Shown here: positions 1 to 10,233 of the stretch, piece after piece | Position numbering within the stretch: the stretch's first letter is position 1 | How the letters are laid out: every line of letters starts with the position of its first letter | Notes under the pieces: model-generated | Told to the model about the DNA's origin: nothing | Database searches by the model: none | Seen by the model: only the letters and a program-made list of their open reading frames with translations | Program-made: the position numbers and the translations under genes | NCBI GenBank assembly: GCA_028825265.1 | Contig: JAPKAM010000003.1 | Span: 3,547-67,546 of the forward strand | DNA: 64,000 nt | Source of the DNA: Planctomycetota bacterium | GTDB taxonomy: Bacteria > Planctomycetota > UBA8108 > UBA1146 | Direction of reading: 5' to 3'

Positions 1-375
1 GAACACTTCACCCATGCCACCGGACCCGATCTTGATGACTTCACTCCAGCGCCCATCGGCAAGGGTCTCTGGTAATGCCTGGTGGTAAATCATCTCGACC
101 GATCCGATGCGAATACGGTCACCCGATCGCAAGGATGTTTCGTCGGTTATTTTCTTCGACGGCAGCCCCTCGGCGGTCAGCCAGGTCCCGTTACTGGAGG
201 CCAGGTCGCGAATCCAGTCGGTACCGGCCCTTTGCTGGATGGATGCATGACTCCGGGAGACTCCAGGCTCCAGGATCCTCAGGGAACAGTCGGGGCCTCT
301 TCCGATGGTGAAAATCCCGCTTTCCGGGAGTTCATGGCGACCCGCGTTCTGGTGGGTGATCTCGATCCAGTTCAT
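1..375 (-). CDS. FHA domain + Ser/Thr protein kinase, 5' part (runs off the window start)
   Basis: Not in the ORF track; translated by hand from ATG at 375 (GGAG upstream). FHA motifs: IGRGPDC, VSRSHA, DLASSNGT, GDRIRIG. Followed by the kinase glycine-rich loop IGSGGMGEVF. Confidence 0.85.
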   Translation of the reverse strand, partial: MNWIEITHQNAGRHELPESGIFTIGRGPDCSLRILEPGVSRSHASIQQRAGTDWIRDLASSNGTWLTAEGLPSKKITDETSLRSGDRIRIGSVEMIYHQALPETLADGRWSEVIKIGSGGMGEVF

Positions 376-529
376 GGCTCCGATGCTGCCTCGATCCTGC
401 CAACTCTGCAACCAATCCCCGAGAGCCGTGAATGGAGGTCCTTCTGTCCAGCACCTCCACACTCGTGATATTATCCTAGCCGTACCATAGACTGACTCGC
501 TCGCTCGAAATGGATGGATCGAGTCACCG

Positions 530-907
530 TTGAGCCCACATCTTCTGGAGGAGAATCTCGACACGGTTCACCTGGAAAGTTCAATATTGCATCTAATTCT
601 GGTCTCTCACCCTCCTGATTCCGCCGCCTCACTGGCCCGTGGCCTGGTCGAGGAAGGGCTGGCTGCCTGTGTCAACATCTTGCCAGGCTCTCGTTCCATC
701 TATCGCTGGGAGGATAAAACTTGCGACGAGGAAGAGGTGCTGCTGACCATCAAGACGGCCCGGGAACCGATCGAGGAGCTGGTCGAATTGATCGCTAGTC
801 GGCATCCTCACGAGTGCCCTGAAGTGCTCGTGGTACCTGTCACTGCCGGGCTCGATCGATACCTGAAATGGGTAGAGAAGATGAGTCACGGAGAGGAGTC
901 CAGTTGA
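530..907 (+). CDS. cutA: Divalent-cation tolerance protein CutA (start may be TTG 587)
   Basis: LVEEGLAACVNI, SIYRWE, HPHECPE motifs. Confidence 0.9.
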   Translation: MSPHLLEENLDTVHLESSILHLILVSHPPDSAASLARGLVEEGLAACVNILPGSRSIYRWEDKTCDEEEVLLTIKTAREPIEELVELIASRHPHECPEVLVVPVTAGLDRYLKWVEKMSHGEESS

Positions 908-2139
908 TCGATCTCGAAGAAGCTCGCAAGCAGATTCTCGCGCGAATCGCACCCATCGGATCGGAGCACGTCCGCCTCGAAGATGCGCTCGGGAGAATTC
1001 TCTCACAGTCAGTCCCGACTCGAGATCCGATTCCGCCCTTCGACAACACTGCTATGGATGGATTCGTATTAAAGTACAGAGACACATCGAGTGCCTCGCC
1101 AGATCATCCAGTCACCCTTCCAGTGGTCGCCACAATCGAGGCGGGGATGGCCCCCACCATTCCACTCGAAGATCACTGTGCGATGAAAATTTTCACTGGA
1201 GCCGTGATCCCACCCGGAGGTGACTCCATCATCCCGTTCGAACGCTGCCTCCGATACGATGAACGAACCATCGTCATCCAGCAGCCGGTCGCCCAGGGAG
1301 CACACATTCGAAGACTCGGTGAAGATGTCGAGGCTCAAGGATCAGTACTGGCCCCCGGCTCACGCATCACTCCTGCAGCCATCGGCTTGCTCGCGAGTGT
1401 CGGAGCGGCTCAGGTGCAGGTGAACCGGAGGCCTCGTGTCGCCATCCATTCCAGTGGTAACGAACTGGTTTCCATCGCATCGGAACTGCAACCAGGCCAG
1501 ATCCGCAATTCGAACCTCTATTCTCTGCAAGCTCGAGTGAAACGCTGGGGAGCGATTCCCATCGCTCGGCCCATCCTCCGAGATGATCTGGATCTGATCC
1601 GCTCAGGACTTCGCGAAACTCTCGAACTGAAGCCCGATGCCATCGTCACCACCGGCGGAATCAGTGCCGGGGATCTCGACCATATTCGCGATGTGGCCCG
1701 GGAAATGGGAGACGATGTGCAGATTCGCAAGGTTTCGATGAAGCCTGGCAAGCCACTGGTGGACGGCCTGATCGGTGGAGTCCCATTTTTTGGATTGCCC
1801 GGCAACCCGGCCGCCTGCCTCGTCTCCTTCGAAATCTTCGTTAGGCCGGCCCTGGCTCGGATGGAAGGAAGATCCGATGGGATCCTTCCGCAGCGTTGCG
1901 GGGTTCTGAAGGCAGCAAAAGAAGTTCCCCCATCAGATCGGCTACGCTTGCTCCGCGGAAGGGCCACTCCCGCTGCTGACGGTGGCCCCGATGTGATCGA
2001 GATTCCTTCAGGGCAAGGCTCTCACCTGCTGGGGGGATTCGCAGCCGCAAATTGCTTGGTCATCGCTCCCGCCAGCACCGAGGTGCTGCGCCCGGGAGCG
2101 CAGGTTCACTACTGGTCATTGACGGATGAAGAGGCATAA
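868..2139 (+). CDS. moeA: Molybdopterin molybdotransferase MoeA
   Basis: PPFDNTAMDGF, IFTGAVIP, GQIRNSN, TTGGISAGD, KPGKP, LPGNP. Confidence 0.95.
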   Translation: MGREDESRRGVQLIDLEEARKQILARIAPIGSEHVRLEDALGRILSQSVPTRDPIPPFDNTAMDGFVLKYRDTSSASPDHPVTLPVVATIEAGMAPTIPLEDHCAMKIFTGAVIPPGGDSIIPFERCLRYDERTIVIQQPVAQGAHIRRLGEDVEAQGSVLAPGSRITPAAIGLLASVGAAQVQVNRRPRVAIHSSGNELVSIASELQPGQIRNSNLYSLQARVKRWGAIPIARPILRDDLDLIRSGLRETLELKPDAIVTTGGISAGDLDHIRDVAREMGDDVQIRKVSMKPGKPLVDGLIGGVPFFGLPGNPAACLVSFEIFVRPALARMEGRSDGILPQRCGVLKAAKEVPPSDRLRLLRGRATPAADGGPDVIEIPSGQGSHLLGGFAAANCLVIAPASTEVLRPGAQVHYWSLTDEEA

Positions 2140-5100
2140 ATCGATGAATGTGACGGCCCCGATACTGTTGAAGATCCACGATTCAAACGGGAAGAGAACC
2201 ATCTCCCTGACCGGCGAGGGTCCCTGGATCCTCGGACGAGATGCCGATTGTGAAGTGGTGATCGCCGATGATCGTGCATCCCGTCGTCACGCCCGCTTCA
2301 TCTCCACCAAACAAGGCCTAGTGATCGAGGATCTTGCCAGTTCGAATGGAACGATGCTCGATGGACGAACCATCGAGGGGCAAGCGCCGTTTCCACGCAG
2401 ATCGACGCTGAAGATCGGCGATGTCTTGATCCAGCACAAGAAACCGACCAAAAAACCGACCGGCGTCGCCGTCGGGGAGCGATCGGAGCGCAAACCCCCT
2501 CGGGAAACCATCGGCACATCTAAAGCAACCGTGAGAGAAGAAGGCTCTACCAGAGCCCACCTGACCCCGCCCACTTCAAGAGTTGCTCGATCCACCAGAA
2601 AAGCAACGAATCCGCTGGGGAACCTGCTGATTCTCTTTGTCACCATCGGAGCGATCGGTTTCATACTGAATCAACTGACCCGTTCTCCACAAGAGCCGCC
2701 GCAAGATCTGACAGTCGTTGCGGTCAATCCCGCCGATAGCCCGCCCACTTCTGATCTAGTGATCCCGGTCCCAGCACCGGGCCCTGAGCCGGTCGCGGCA
2801 CTCCCCGCTCAGGAAACGACATCCGATGAGAACGATCCGCTGATTCGGCCCGCCGCCAACGGTTTCCAGCCGGATGCAAAGTTCGACATCCCGTTCGAGC
2901 CGCGGATCGAGGATACGGTCTCCCCCGTTGGCGATGATCAGCGGCCCGACGCACAGACGATCGACACTCCTGTCGCGGGAAAACTGCAGTTAAGGATTCT
3001 TGACGACGCATGGCCTCCCTCCGATCGGATCATCGCTTATCAGTTCCATCAGAAGGACCATCATGGTGGTCCGACCTTCATCGATCGAAGAGGCAAGGAA
3101 TTGAAGCGGCGCGGAGCCGGCAGCCGAAAAGGATTTCGAGTGATCGCCCTCGAGGTGACCAACTCGACGGACAGCCGACAGTTGGTCCAGTTGAAGACTC
3201 CTCTCCGTAAGGACCTGGAGATGAGATTCAGCATCGATCCGGGACTGAGTTTGCGGCGTTTCCTCGCCATCGAGGATCCAGGCGACCAATCAGTACTGGT
3301 CGAGATGTTTGATGAAGAAGGGGAGCCCATCGATGCGGTCGAAAGGGTTCTGCTTCCTGGACGATCTGCTGAGAGTGCCAAGGAGGCGCTGGCCATCGCC
3401 CGTGAACGAGAACGTGAGGAGTGGGTGCGGGAGCAATTCCGGCTACGCCCCATCTCGGTAGAGGTGCAAGACGAGGCGGGCAAGCCGGTCGCAGGAGCGA
3501 GATTACTGCTCCTCTCCAGAGAGAGCCTGGCGGTGGTCGAAGGAATCACCGGAACCGATGGACGCTGGAGTTCGGTGGTGGTGCCAGGTTCCTGGACCAT
3601 CATTGCCCAGGGTGAAGTGGTCGACGATGTCGATCCCGATGCCAGCACACTGGTCGTGACTTTGCCAAGGTTGTTGTTGCTTCAAGAAACGATGGCCGAG
3701 GAAACTTCCAGCATCATCCTGGCGCCAAGAAAACAGACCGTCGTCTCGGTAGCGAACCGTCTGGAAAAGGGACTCCCCATCGAAAAGGTCTGGATCACAC
3801 CTCAACCGGTGGCCGCGGCCTTCACCACCGAACGGGTTGCGCTGGAGGTCGGAGTTCGAGGCCGACTCGAATCATCACGATTAGTTCCCACCGGCCAGTT
3901 CAGGTTATTGCTGTCGGGGCCGCCAGTAGACATCTGCGTTCTGTGCCGGACCCCTGAAGGTGAAGCGGCGCTGATGCGAGCCAAGACTGGAGGCGACCGA
4001 GATGTGGTGCCCATCTTGATCGATCCAGACCGTATGAGTCGCCTCCAGTACAGCGCCGAATCGGCTTTTGGTGGTGCAGCGGATGCGATCGTCGATGTGG
4101 TTGCTGTAGACGGCTTTCGGGAACGCTTCACTCTCGATACCCACCAGGCACGTCGCGCCTGGGTGATGCCCGGAACCTACCGACTCGAGACTCGAAGTTT
4201 CCTACCCGGCGGCAAGACTGCTCGCCTGTTGCCCTATCGGGCACACTTGTCCGCAGGACAGAAGTTTGACCTGGAACCTAGGTCTCCCTGGACTCCGAGG
4301 CTCCATTACGAACGCAAGGGCAAGACGATTCAGATGCGCCTCTCCATCTCCGATGCCGGGGGACGCGTTCTCGAGAAGATTCCGGGCAACGATGGCTCGC
4401 TGGCAGCCGTCGATCGTACGGGCAAGGTGCTGATCCAACGCTCCATCGGAGCGATGCGCTGGCAGGAAGCGGAAACGTTGCAGCGAGTCGATCTCGACAA
4501 GTTAAGCATCCAGATCGATGCACCCTTCGGCAACTCCGCCATCCGTGGAATCGCCGTAGCAGAGACTCCCATCACCGTCAACGATGCAGGATCGAGTGCC
4601 ACCGGACCCAGCATCTTCCGCGCGCGGATGAAATCGATGATGCCGGAGGTTTCCCGCAGCCTGAAGGGTTGCAAAGAGCATCTGGGCTGCGCCGATGGGG
4701 TCCTCAGGCTGTTGATGGATTTCGATATCTTCCTACCGCCGGGAGTCGGCGGCCTCGGAGGAGGTGGAGTCATCGTGCTCGACGCAGCCGTATTACATCG
4801 CTACACAGGACAGGGAGACTTGTTGCCCGGGGCCTACATTCATGAACTGGGTCATAACATCGGATTCGGCCACGACCCGTACATGTTGCTGGCCAATTGT
4901 GGAGTCGACGAGGGCATCTATGGGGAACTGGGATATCGACTGCTCAACGCCGACGCATTTCAGAAGACCATCCGATGGCTGCTCGACAGAAATAGTGATC
5001 AACGGTCGGTCTGGCAGCCAAATCCGGCAGTATTTGCGGCATTGAGATTCATCCATGGGATGGGTGTTCACCACAAGATGTTCACCGAACGCACGGCATC

Positions 5101-6271
5101 AGAGCAAACGTTGCGCCTCCATGGGCTTTCCAGTATCGAACGAATCGCGGCTCTCTACTCACTCGCCCTGGGTGAAAATGTTGCCTGGATCTTTCGCGCC
5201 AATGGCTGGCCAGTATTCGATGATCGCGTCGATCTAGGAGGCTCCTCGGTCAAGTTCACGCGAAAGCACCCCAAGCAATTGAACTACAACCGCCTAGACG
5301 GGACGGTGCTCAATGGCTGGTGGGTCCTGGGTCCGGTGGAATCTAGCGGCGGCCGCACCAATAAGCGGAACAGCAGTCCAGAGAAAACCGATACAACATG
5401 GAAACCAGTAGTGTGGCCGACACCTTTCACCGACCTCACCGCTGGGCAGGATCCAGTCACTCGTACTCGACAGTGGTTGTTGTTTCGACGGATCGTCGTC
5501 AACCAGGATATGGAGGCGAGGCTGACGGTCGCCGCAGATGTGAAGATGCAAATTCGCCTCAATGGTTCCCCGATCGGATTTATCGACGCCAGCCCACAGA
5601 TGAGCCAACCGATGCACGACGAACTGATGTTGAATCAGAAGAAGCCATTCCCCATCCAGTTATTTAGAGGTGAGAACATCATCGAAGTGGCGGTGTCCCA
5701 GATGGTCGGCACTCGTGGCTTCCGTCTGGAACTGATGACTGCCGAAGGAGATCCGGTTCCGGTGGGGATCCTCGACGAAGGCCCGCAAGGGGAGCAACTG
5801 TCTGAAGAGATCGTTAGAAACGACGCGCACCAGCCGCTGATCAATGGAGATTTTGAGGCCGAAAAATTGCTCGACGGCTGGATCCCAGGTGAAGTGGATC
5901 CGGGTGGCTCAATCCGCTTCGAAGGGGAAGCGGAAAACCTGGTCGAGGGGACCCAGGCACTGAAAGCCATCATCCGCACTCCTGGAGCCGGAGGAATCAT
6001 CCAGCGCATCGTCGTCACTCCAGGAAAGAAATATCGGGTGACGGCACTGGTGAAGGCGAGCCAGTTCGAGGGGGAAGCTCTGATCGGTTTCTTTACCGGC
6101 AGGCTCGGGTCATGGTCCTCTCGATCCGCTCCACTTCGACGAGATACGGAGTGGACCAGGATCAAGTTTGACTGGATGCCCGGAACCAGTAGAACCACCT
6201 ACATCGCCTGTTTCGTGAAAGGAATATCCGGTACAGTCTGGTTCGACAAGATCTCCCTGGAGGAAATTTGA
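2126..6271 (+). CDS. Large FHA-domain membrane protein with a metzincin-type motif and C-terminal carbohydrate-binding-like domains
   Basis: N-terminal FHA (LGRDADC, ASRRHA, DLASSNGT); one TM helix (LLILFVTIGAIGFIL); Pro-rich linker; HELGHNIGFGH at 4841-4873; WWVLGP and INGDFE..W..WFDKISL jelly-roll-like ends. Confidence 0.75.
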   Translation: MKRHKSMNVTAPILLKIHDSNGKRTISLTGEGPWILGRDADCEVVIADDRASRRHARFISTKQGLVIEDLASSNGTMLDGRTIEGQAPFPRRSTLKIGDVLIQHKKPTKKPTGVAVGERSERKPPRETIGTSKATVREEGSTRAHLTPPTSRVARSTRKATNPLGNLLILFVTIGAIGFILNQLTRSPQEPPQDLTVVAVNPADSPPTSDLVIPVPAPGPEPVAALPAQETTSDENDPLIRPAANGFQPDAKFDIPFEPRIEDTVSPVGDDQRPDAQTIDTPVAGKLQLRILDDAWPPSDRIIAYQFHQKDHHGGPTFIDRRGKELKRRGAGSRKGFRVIALEVTNSTDSRQLVQLKTPLRKDLEMRFSIDPGLSLRRFLAIEDPGDQSVLVEMFDEEGEPIDAVERVLLPGRSAESAKEALAIAREREREEWVREQFRLRPISVEVQDEAGKPVAGARLLLLSRESLAVVEGITGTDGRWSSVVVPGSWTIIAQGEVVDDVDPDASTLVVTLPRLLLLQETMAEETSSIILAPRKQTVVSVANRLEKGLPIEKVWITPQPVAAAFTTERVALEVGVRGRLESSRLVPTGQFRLLLSGPPVDICVLCRTPEGEAALMRAKTGGDRDVVPILIDPDRMSRLQYSAESAFGGAADAIVDVVAVDGFRERFTLDTHQARRAWVMPGTYRLETRSFLPGGKTARLLPYRAHLSAGQKFDLEPRSPWTPRLHYERKGKTIQMRLSISDAGGRVLEKIPGNDGSLAAVDRTGKVLIQRSIGAMRWQEAETLQRVDLDKLSIQIDAPFGNSAIRGIAVAETPITVNDAGSSATGPSIFRARMKSMMPEVSRSLKGCKEHLGCADGVLRLLMDFDIFLPPGVGGLGGGGVIVLDAAVLHRYTGQGDLLPGAYIHELGHNIGFGHDPYMLLANCGVDEGIYGELGYRLLNADAFQKTIRWLLDRNSDQRSVWQPNPAVFAALRFIHGMGVHHKMFTERTASEQTLRLHGLSSIERIAALYSLALGENVAWIFRANGWPVFDDRVDLGGSSVKFTRKHPKQLNYNRLDGTVLNGWWVLGPVESSGGRTNKRNSSPEKTDTTWKPVVWPTPFTDLTAGQDPVTRTRQWLLFRRIVVNQDMEARLTVAADVKMQIRLNGSPIGFIDASPQMSQPMHDELMLNQKKPFPIQLFRGENIIEVAVSQMVGTRGFRLELMTAEGDPVPVGILDEGPQGEQLSEEIVRNDAHQPLINGDFEAEKLLDGWIPGEVDPGGSIRFEGEAENLVEGTQALKAIIRTPGAGGIIQRIVVTPGKKYRVTALVKASQFEGEALIGFFTGRLGSWSSRSAPLRRDTEWTRIKFDWMPGTSRTTYIACFVKGISGTVWFDKISLEEI

Positions 6272-7065
6272 TGCCCCAACTGACCAACCCGTTCGAACCA
6301 CTCTGGCCCGAGATGAGTGAAATCTACCTTCAATCGGGGGTCGTATCCTTGATCGATCACATCGGCTCGAAGAGTGAGCCGATGCAACGCCGGGGCTTGT
6401 TCTTGATGGCCAGTCAGCGCATCTCTGCAGGCCAGAACCTATCGAGATCTCTTTCTGATCTCATCGCAATTTCTCGTGCCGCCATCGATGAGTTTGCGAC
6501 TCAAGCAGAGTCTGAAACGGATAGGGATGAACGGGCGAGGCGCCTCGATGGAGCCAACATCCTCTCCTACAACCTTTCCGCAGACCTGGCTCCATGCTGG
6601 CCTGAAGATCCTGAGCCTCGAACCGTCGACCACTACCAGGAGGGGATTCGCTGTGCAGAGGATTGCCTTCGCTGGCGATCGGAACTGAACAAGGGAGCTG
6701 TGCCGTTCCACATGGCCTGGTGGGCGCTCGGAACTCATCGATGTGGGCTGGCAGACTGGTCCGCTGCCGTTGAAGCCTTCGGAAAATCCCTCGAAGCGGC
6801 TCAAGACAACGCCAGAGAGTCTGCAACACCCGTCGAAGGAGGACCGGATGCATCGTTCCTCATCAATATTTCGACCGGCTGGCTCGAGTTCGCTCGCTGG
6901 CGAGGAGGCGACAAGACCTCCTATGATCGATTCTTGAAAGTGATCGACGCTTTTTCTCAGATCGCCCGGCGTAATGATGACGATCATGCCGATTCAATGC
7001 TCGGGATCCAGCAACTGGAAACCGCAGCATCGCGGCTGCCGACAAGTTCGGCCCCGTGTCAGTGA
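6268..7065 (+). CDS. Hypothetical helical (TPR-like) protein
   Basis: 265-aa ORF overlapping both neighbours on the same strand; helical pattern (WWALGTH..AVEAFGKSLEAA); no family recognised. Confidence 0.6.
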   Translation: MMPQLTNPFEPLWPEMSEIYLQSGVVSLIDHIGSKSEPMQRRGLFLMASQRISAGQNLSRSLSDLIAISRAAIDEFATQAESETDRDERARRLDGANILSYNLSADLAPCWPEDPEPRTVDHYQEGIRCAEDCLRWRSELNKGAVPFHMAWWALGTHRCGLADWSAAVEAFGKSLEAAQDNARESATPVEGGPDASFLINISTGWLEFARWRGGDKTSYDRFLKVIDAFSQIARRNDDDHADSMLGIQQLETAASRLPTSSAPCQ

Positions 7066-7820
7066 GATCCCCTAAAATTCGCCCACTGGAAATCCTTCAC
7101 GACGACCATCAGTTCGTCGCGGTCAACAAACCTGCCGGCTTCAGCACCGTGAGCGAACGGTGGGACCACCAGATTCCCTGTCTGATCGATTTGCTCTGGG
7201 ATCTTTGGAAGCAGAGCGACTCCGATGCACCCAAACCCCATGTGGTACACCGCCTCGACAAACAGACTTCCGGGGTGATCCTGTTCGCCAGAAATGGCTC
7301 CGCTCAATCTCACCTGAGAAAACAGTTCATGGATCGGCGGGTGCAGAAGCGTTACGGCGCACTGGTCACCGACCTTCCGTCCCCGGCCAGTGGCACTAGC
7401 ATCTTTCATGTCGACGAAAATCCCTCTCGCCCAGGATCGATGAAATTTCAGTCCACCGGCAAGGAATGCATCACCGATTACCGGGTGCTGGAGGCTTTCC
7501 GCGACCACTGCTGGGTCGAAGCTTCCCCCAGTACCGGAAGAACCCACCAGATCCGCATGGTGATGGCGAAACTGAAAACCCCCTGTATCTGCGACCCTCT
7601 TTATGGAGATGGCGAGTCACTGTTCCTGTCCTCCTTCAAAAAGAGTTACCGCAGCGGCAGATCGGACGAGGAGCGGCCGCTACTGGGTCGACTCGGGCTC
7701 CATGCCCTTTCCATCTCGGTGCTCCATCCCGTCACAAACCTACCTATGACCATCGAAGCGGGGTTACCCAAGGATCTCAAGGCTACGTTGCGACAGCTGA
7801 GACGCTGGGGCCAAGTCTGA
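7056..7820 (+). CDS. RluA-family pseudouridine synthase
   Basis: VNKPAG, VHRLDKQTSG (catalytic Asp), TGRTHQIR, LHA motifs. Confidence 0.93.
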   Translation: MSVRSPKIRPLEILHDDHQFVAVNKPAGFSTVSERWDHQIPCLIDLLWDLWKQSDSDAPKPHVVHRLDKQTSGVILFARNGSAQSHLRKQFMDRRVQKRYGALVTDLPSPASGTSIFHVDENPSRPGSMKFQSTGKECITDYRVLEAFRDHCWVEASPSTGRTHQIRMVMAKLKTPCICDPLYGDGESLFLSSFKKSYRSGRSDEERPLLGRLGLHALSISVLHPVTNLPMTIEAGLPKDLKATLRQLRRWGQV

Positions 7821-7915
7821 TTCGGCGGGGTCTGAAGCCGGGTCGAATTCGAACGACCTGAATCTGTACCGTTGACCCACTTGCTGCGACAAGTTATTCC
7901 ACAGCCAGGAAATAG

Positions 7916-8539
7916 GTGCTCCCGATGAACCAACCAGCGCCAGGCACCGTCTCCGATTGCGTGATCCTCGCCGGTGGTATGGGCACCCGCATGGGCCAAC
8001 CCAAGGCACTGTTAAAGATCAACGACCGCACCTTGCTGAAGCGTCAGCATGATCAACTCTCCCCCCTGTTTCCCCGCATCTCCGTGGCGCTCAAGGATTC
8101 GAGCCTGCTCGACCCGGTGGAGGCCCTCTGCTGGCACCAGGTCCTGCTGGATCCTCCCGGAAGTCGCTGCTTAGTCGATGTGATCGGTTCCATCATCGAG
8201 CGACTGGCCGTTCCAGTCTTCTTCGCCGCTGTCGACCTTCCTCACCTGAACCAAGCCGTCGTTTCCACCATCTGTTCGCACCACAGTGCCGGAATCTCGG
8301 TGATCCCGGTCGATGATCAGCGGCCCCAACCACTGGCTGCGGTATGGGACCCCTCGGCACTCGAGTTTGTTTCCCCACCCGACGGCGATCTAGCGCTACT
8401 GGCCTGGGTCAAGAGGTGCAGAACCCGGCTTCTTCACTGGCCCGAGCAGTTCTGTTCTGAAGGAGATCCACCAACGACCAGCCCATTCAAGAATCTCAAC
8501 ACCCCCGAGGACCTCGAAACGTGGGAGGCAGACGCTTGA
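7916..8539 (+). CDS. mobA: Molybdenum cofactor guanylyltransferase MobA-like
   Basis: ILAGGMGTRMGQPKALL, AVDLP, QPLAAVW, FKNLNTPEDL. Confidence 0.85.
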   Translation: MLPMNQPAPGTVSDCVILAGGMGTRMGQPKALLKINDRTLLKRQHDQLSPLFPRISVALKDSSLLDPVEALCWHQVLLDPPGSRCLVDVIGSIIERLAVPVFFAAVDLPHLNQAVVSTICSHHSAGISVIPVDDQRPQPLAAVWDPSALEFVSPPDGDLALLAWVKRCRTRLLHWPEQFCSEGDPPTTSPFKNLNTPEDLETWEADA

Positions 8540-8571
8540 GTGGTTCCCCCGTGCCGGCTCGAGAACGGCTG

Positions 8572-10233
8572 ATGACCCTCCAACGAAATCTCTCCGACCA
8601 GACTCGTCGAGAGATCGACGAATCAATCATCGACCCCAGTGGAGCCTTGTCACGATGGCGTAAGGTCTACGAGAAGGCCACGGAGGGTCAACTCACTCCC
8701 ATCTCGATCGACCATCTCGCCGAGCAGATCGTCGATTTTGATGTGGTTCACTTCGGCGACTATCACACGCTCAGAGAATCTCAGAAGGGGCCTCTCAGGG
8801 TGATCGAGAAGTGGATCCAGCAGGGGAACAAAGTGGTTCTCGCCACGGAAGCGTTTCACATCGATGCACAACCATTACTCGACCGGTGGTGCCTGCGAGA
8901 AATCGATGACGAGCAGTTACTCAGGGAGTCGGACTGGGAAAATCGATGGGGCTTTCCCTGGAGAAACTACTCGGTACAAATGGAGTTCTTCCGCGAAGCC
9001 GGCTTGCCCATCGTGGCCCTCAACTCAGAACCAGAGGTCGTCGGAAACTCCTTCGCCGCGCGGGAGAACATCGCTGCGATGAGGATTCTTGAGGTGCTTA
9101 GAGAGTTCCCCGATGCGACTCTGGCGGTGATCTTCGGTGATCTCCACGTGGCTCCAGAACACCTACCTCGTAAGATTTCTGAACTGGCAAAGCGTACCGG
9201 GTTCACAGTTCCTCGCCAAACCACCGTGTTCCAGAATCTGGATCGAATTTACTGGCAGCTGGCCAAGACCGGATTGGAGCAAACGGTCACCGCTGTGCGG
9301 ATCGGGAATGATCGCTACTGCATGATCAACACGACTCCACTGGTCAAGCATCAGTCCTACCTCAACTGGCAGTTGAATGAGGTGGAATTGGAAGAGTCGA
9401 GTGGATTCCGCAACCTACCCTCGATTTCATCGACGATCATGTCCGATCAGGTCTGGATGATGATCGAGACCATCTGCGGCTACCTTGAATTGTCCACCGC
9501 TGGACTCGATGGCTTCACGGTTCACACCGGAAGAAACCTCGATCTTCTCGATCGGCTCAGAGATGCCCATTCCCTGGGTGCTGAACAAATGGAACTGGTG
9601 AACACCCAGTTGTCGCGTGAGGAATCGTGTTATCTTCCCGATTCTCAGGTCATCGTCCTGGGTAACCTATCCAGCCGTCATGCCGCAGAAGAAGCGGCAC
9701 ACCACATCAACTCGGTGAGGTGCAACGAAACCGGCACCGCCAGTGATTCGCTCCAACACTTCTACGAGATCGCCATCCGGGAAGCGATCGGCTACATCGG
9801 CACCAAGATCATCGACCACAAACGAACCTGTCTGGATGTGAAGGAACTCGAATCATTGGCCAATGAATTGAGCGGCCACTCTCTCGATTCCCTGCTCACA
9901 GCAACCCTTCAAACAGTCCGTGATTCACTGCGGCACATCGAAACCGAACAGACATGGCTTGAAGGAGATGGGGGAAATAAAACTCCCAACGAACTACCTC
10001 GACGAGATCAGGATATCCGCATCGGCACTGCCCACCTCATCGGTTACCGATTGGGAGAGAAGATCTACAACTGCCTGGTTACAGGAAAGATCAAGCGATC
10101 GAAGGTGCGGGAACTGTTCGAAACACCGTTACGCCACCCTGTCGATGCGAGCCAATCGACGTGGCTCGACTGGGCCCGACGTTGTTACGAGGCGGATTCC
10201 TCTTCTTCGTCGAGCAACTCCAGCCGAGGATAG
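8572..10233 (+). CDS. ChaN-like (haem-uptake/Tiki superfamily) protein with a long C-terminal extension
   Basis: VVHFGDYH, VLATEAF..DAQ, WGFPWRNY, PIVALN, VIFGDLHV resemble ChaN-type motifs; start uncertain (8521 or 8572). Confidence 0.6.
   Translation: MTLQRNLSDQTRREIDESIIDPSGALSRWRKVYEKATEGQLTPISIDHLAEQIVDFDVVHFGDYHTLRESQKGPLRVIEKWIQQGNKVVLATEAFHIDAQPLLDRWCLREIDDEQLLRESDWENRWGFPWRNYSVQMEFFREAGLPIVALNSEPEVVGNSFAARENIAAMRILEVLREFPDATLAVIFGDLHVAPEHLPRKISELAKRTGFTVPRQTTVFQNLDRIYWQLAKTGLEQTVTAVRIGNDRYCMINTTPLVKHQSYLNWQLNEVELEESSGFRNLPSISSTIMSDQVWMMIETICGYLELSTAGLDGFTVHTGRNLDLLDRLRDAHSLGAEQMELVNTQLSREESCYLPDSQVIVLGNLSSRHAAEEAAHHINSVRCNETGTASDSLQHFYEIAIREAIGYIGTKIIDHKRTCLDVKELESLANELSGHSLDSLLTATLQTVRDSLRHIETEQTWLEGDGGNKTPNELPRRDQDIRIGTAHLIGYRLGEKIYNCLVTGKIKRSKVRELFETPLRHPVDASQSTWLDWARRCYEADSSSSSSNSSRG

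Noticed and set aside
7880..7905. DnaA-box-like TTATTCCACA
   Set aside because: Single imperfect copy with no origin context.
10185..10233. 49-bp convergent overlap giving poly-Ser and poly-Glu tails
   Set aside because: An ordinary 3' overlap; the two low-complexity tails are complements of the same sequence.
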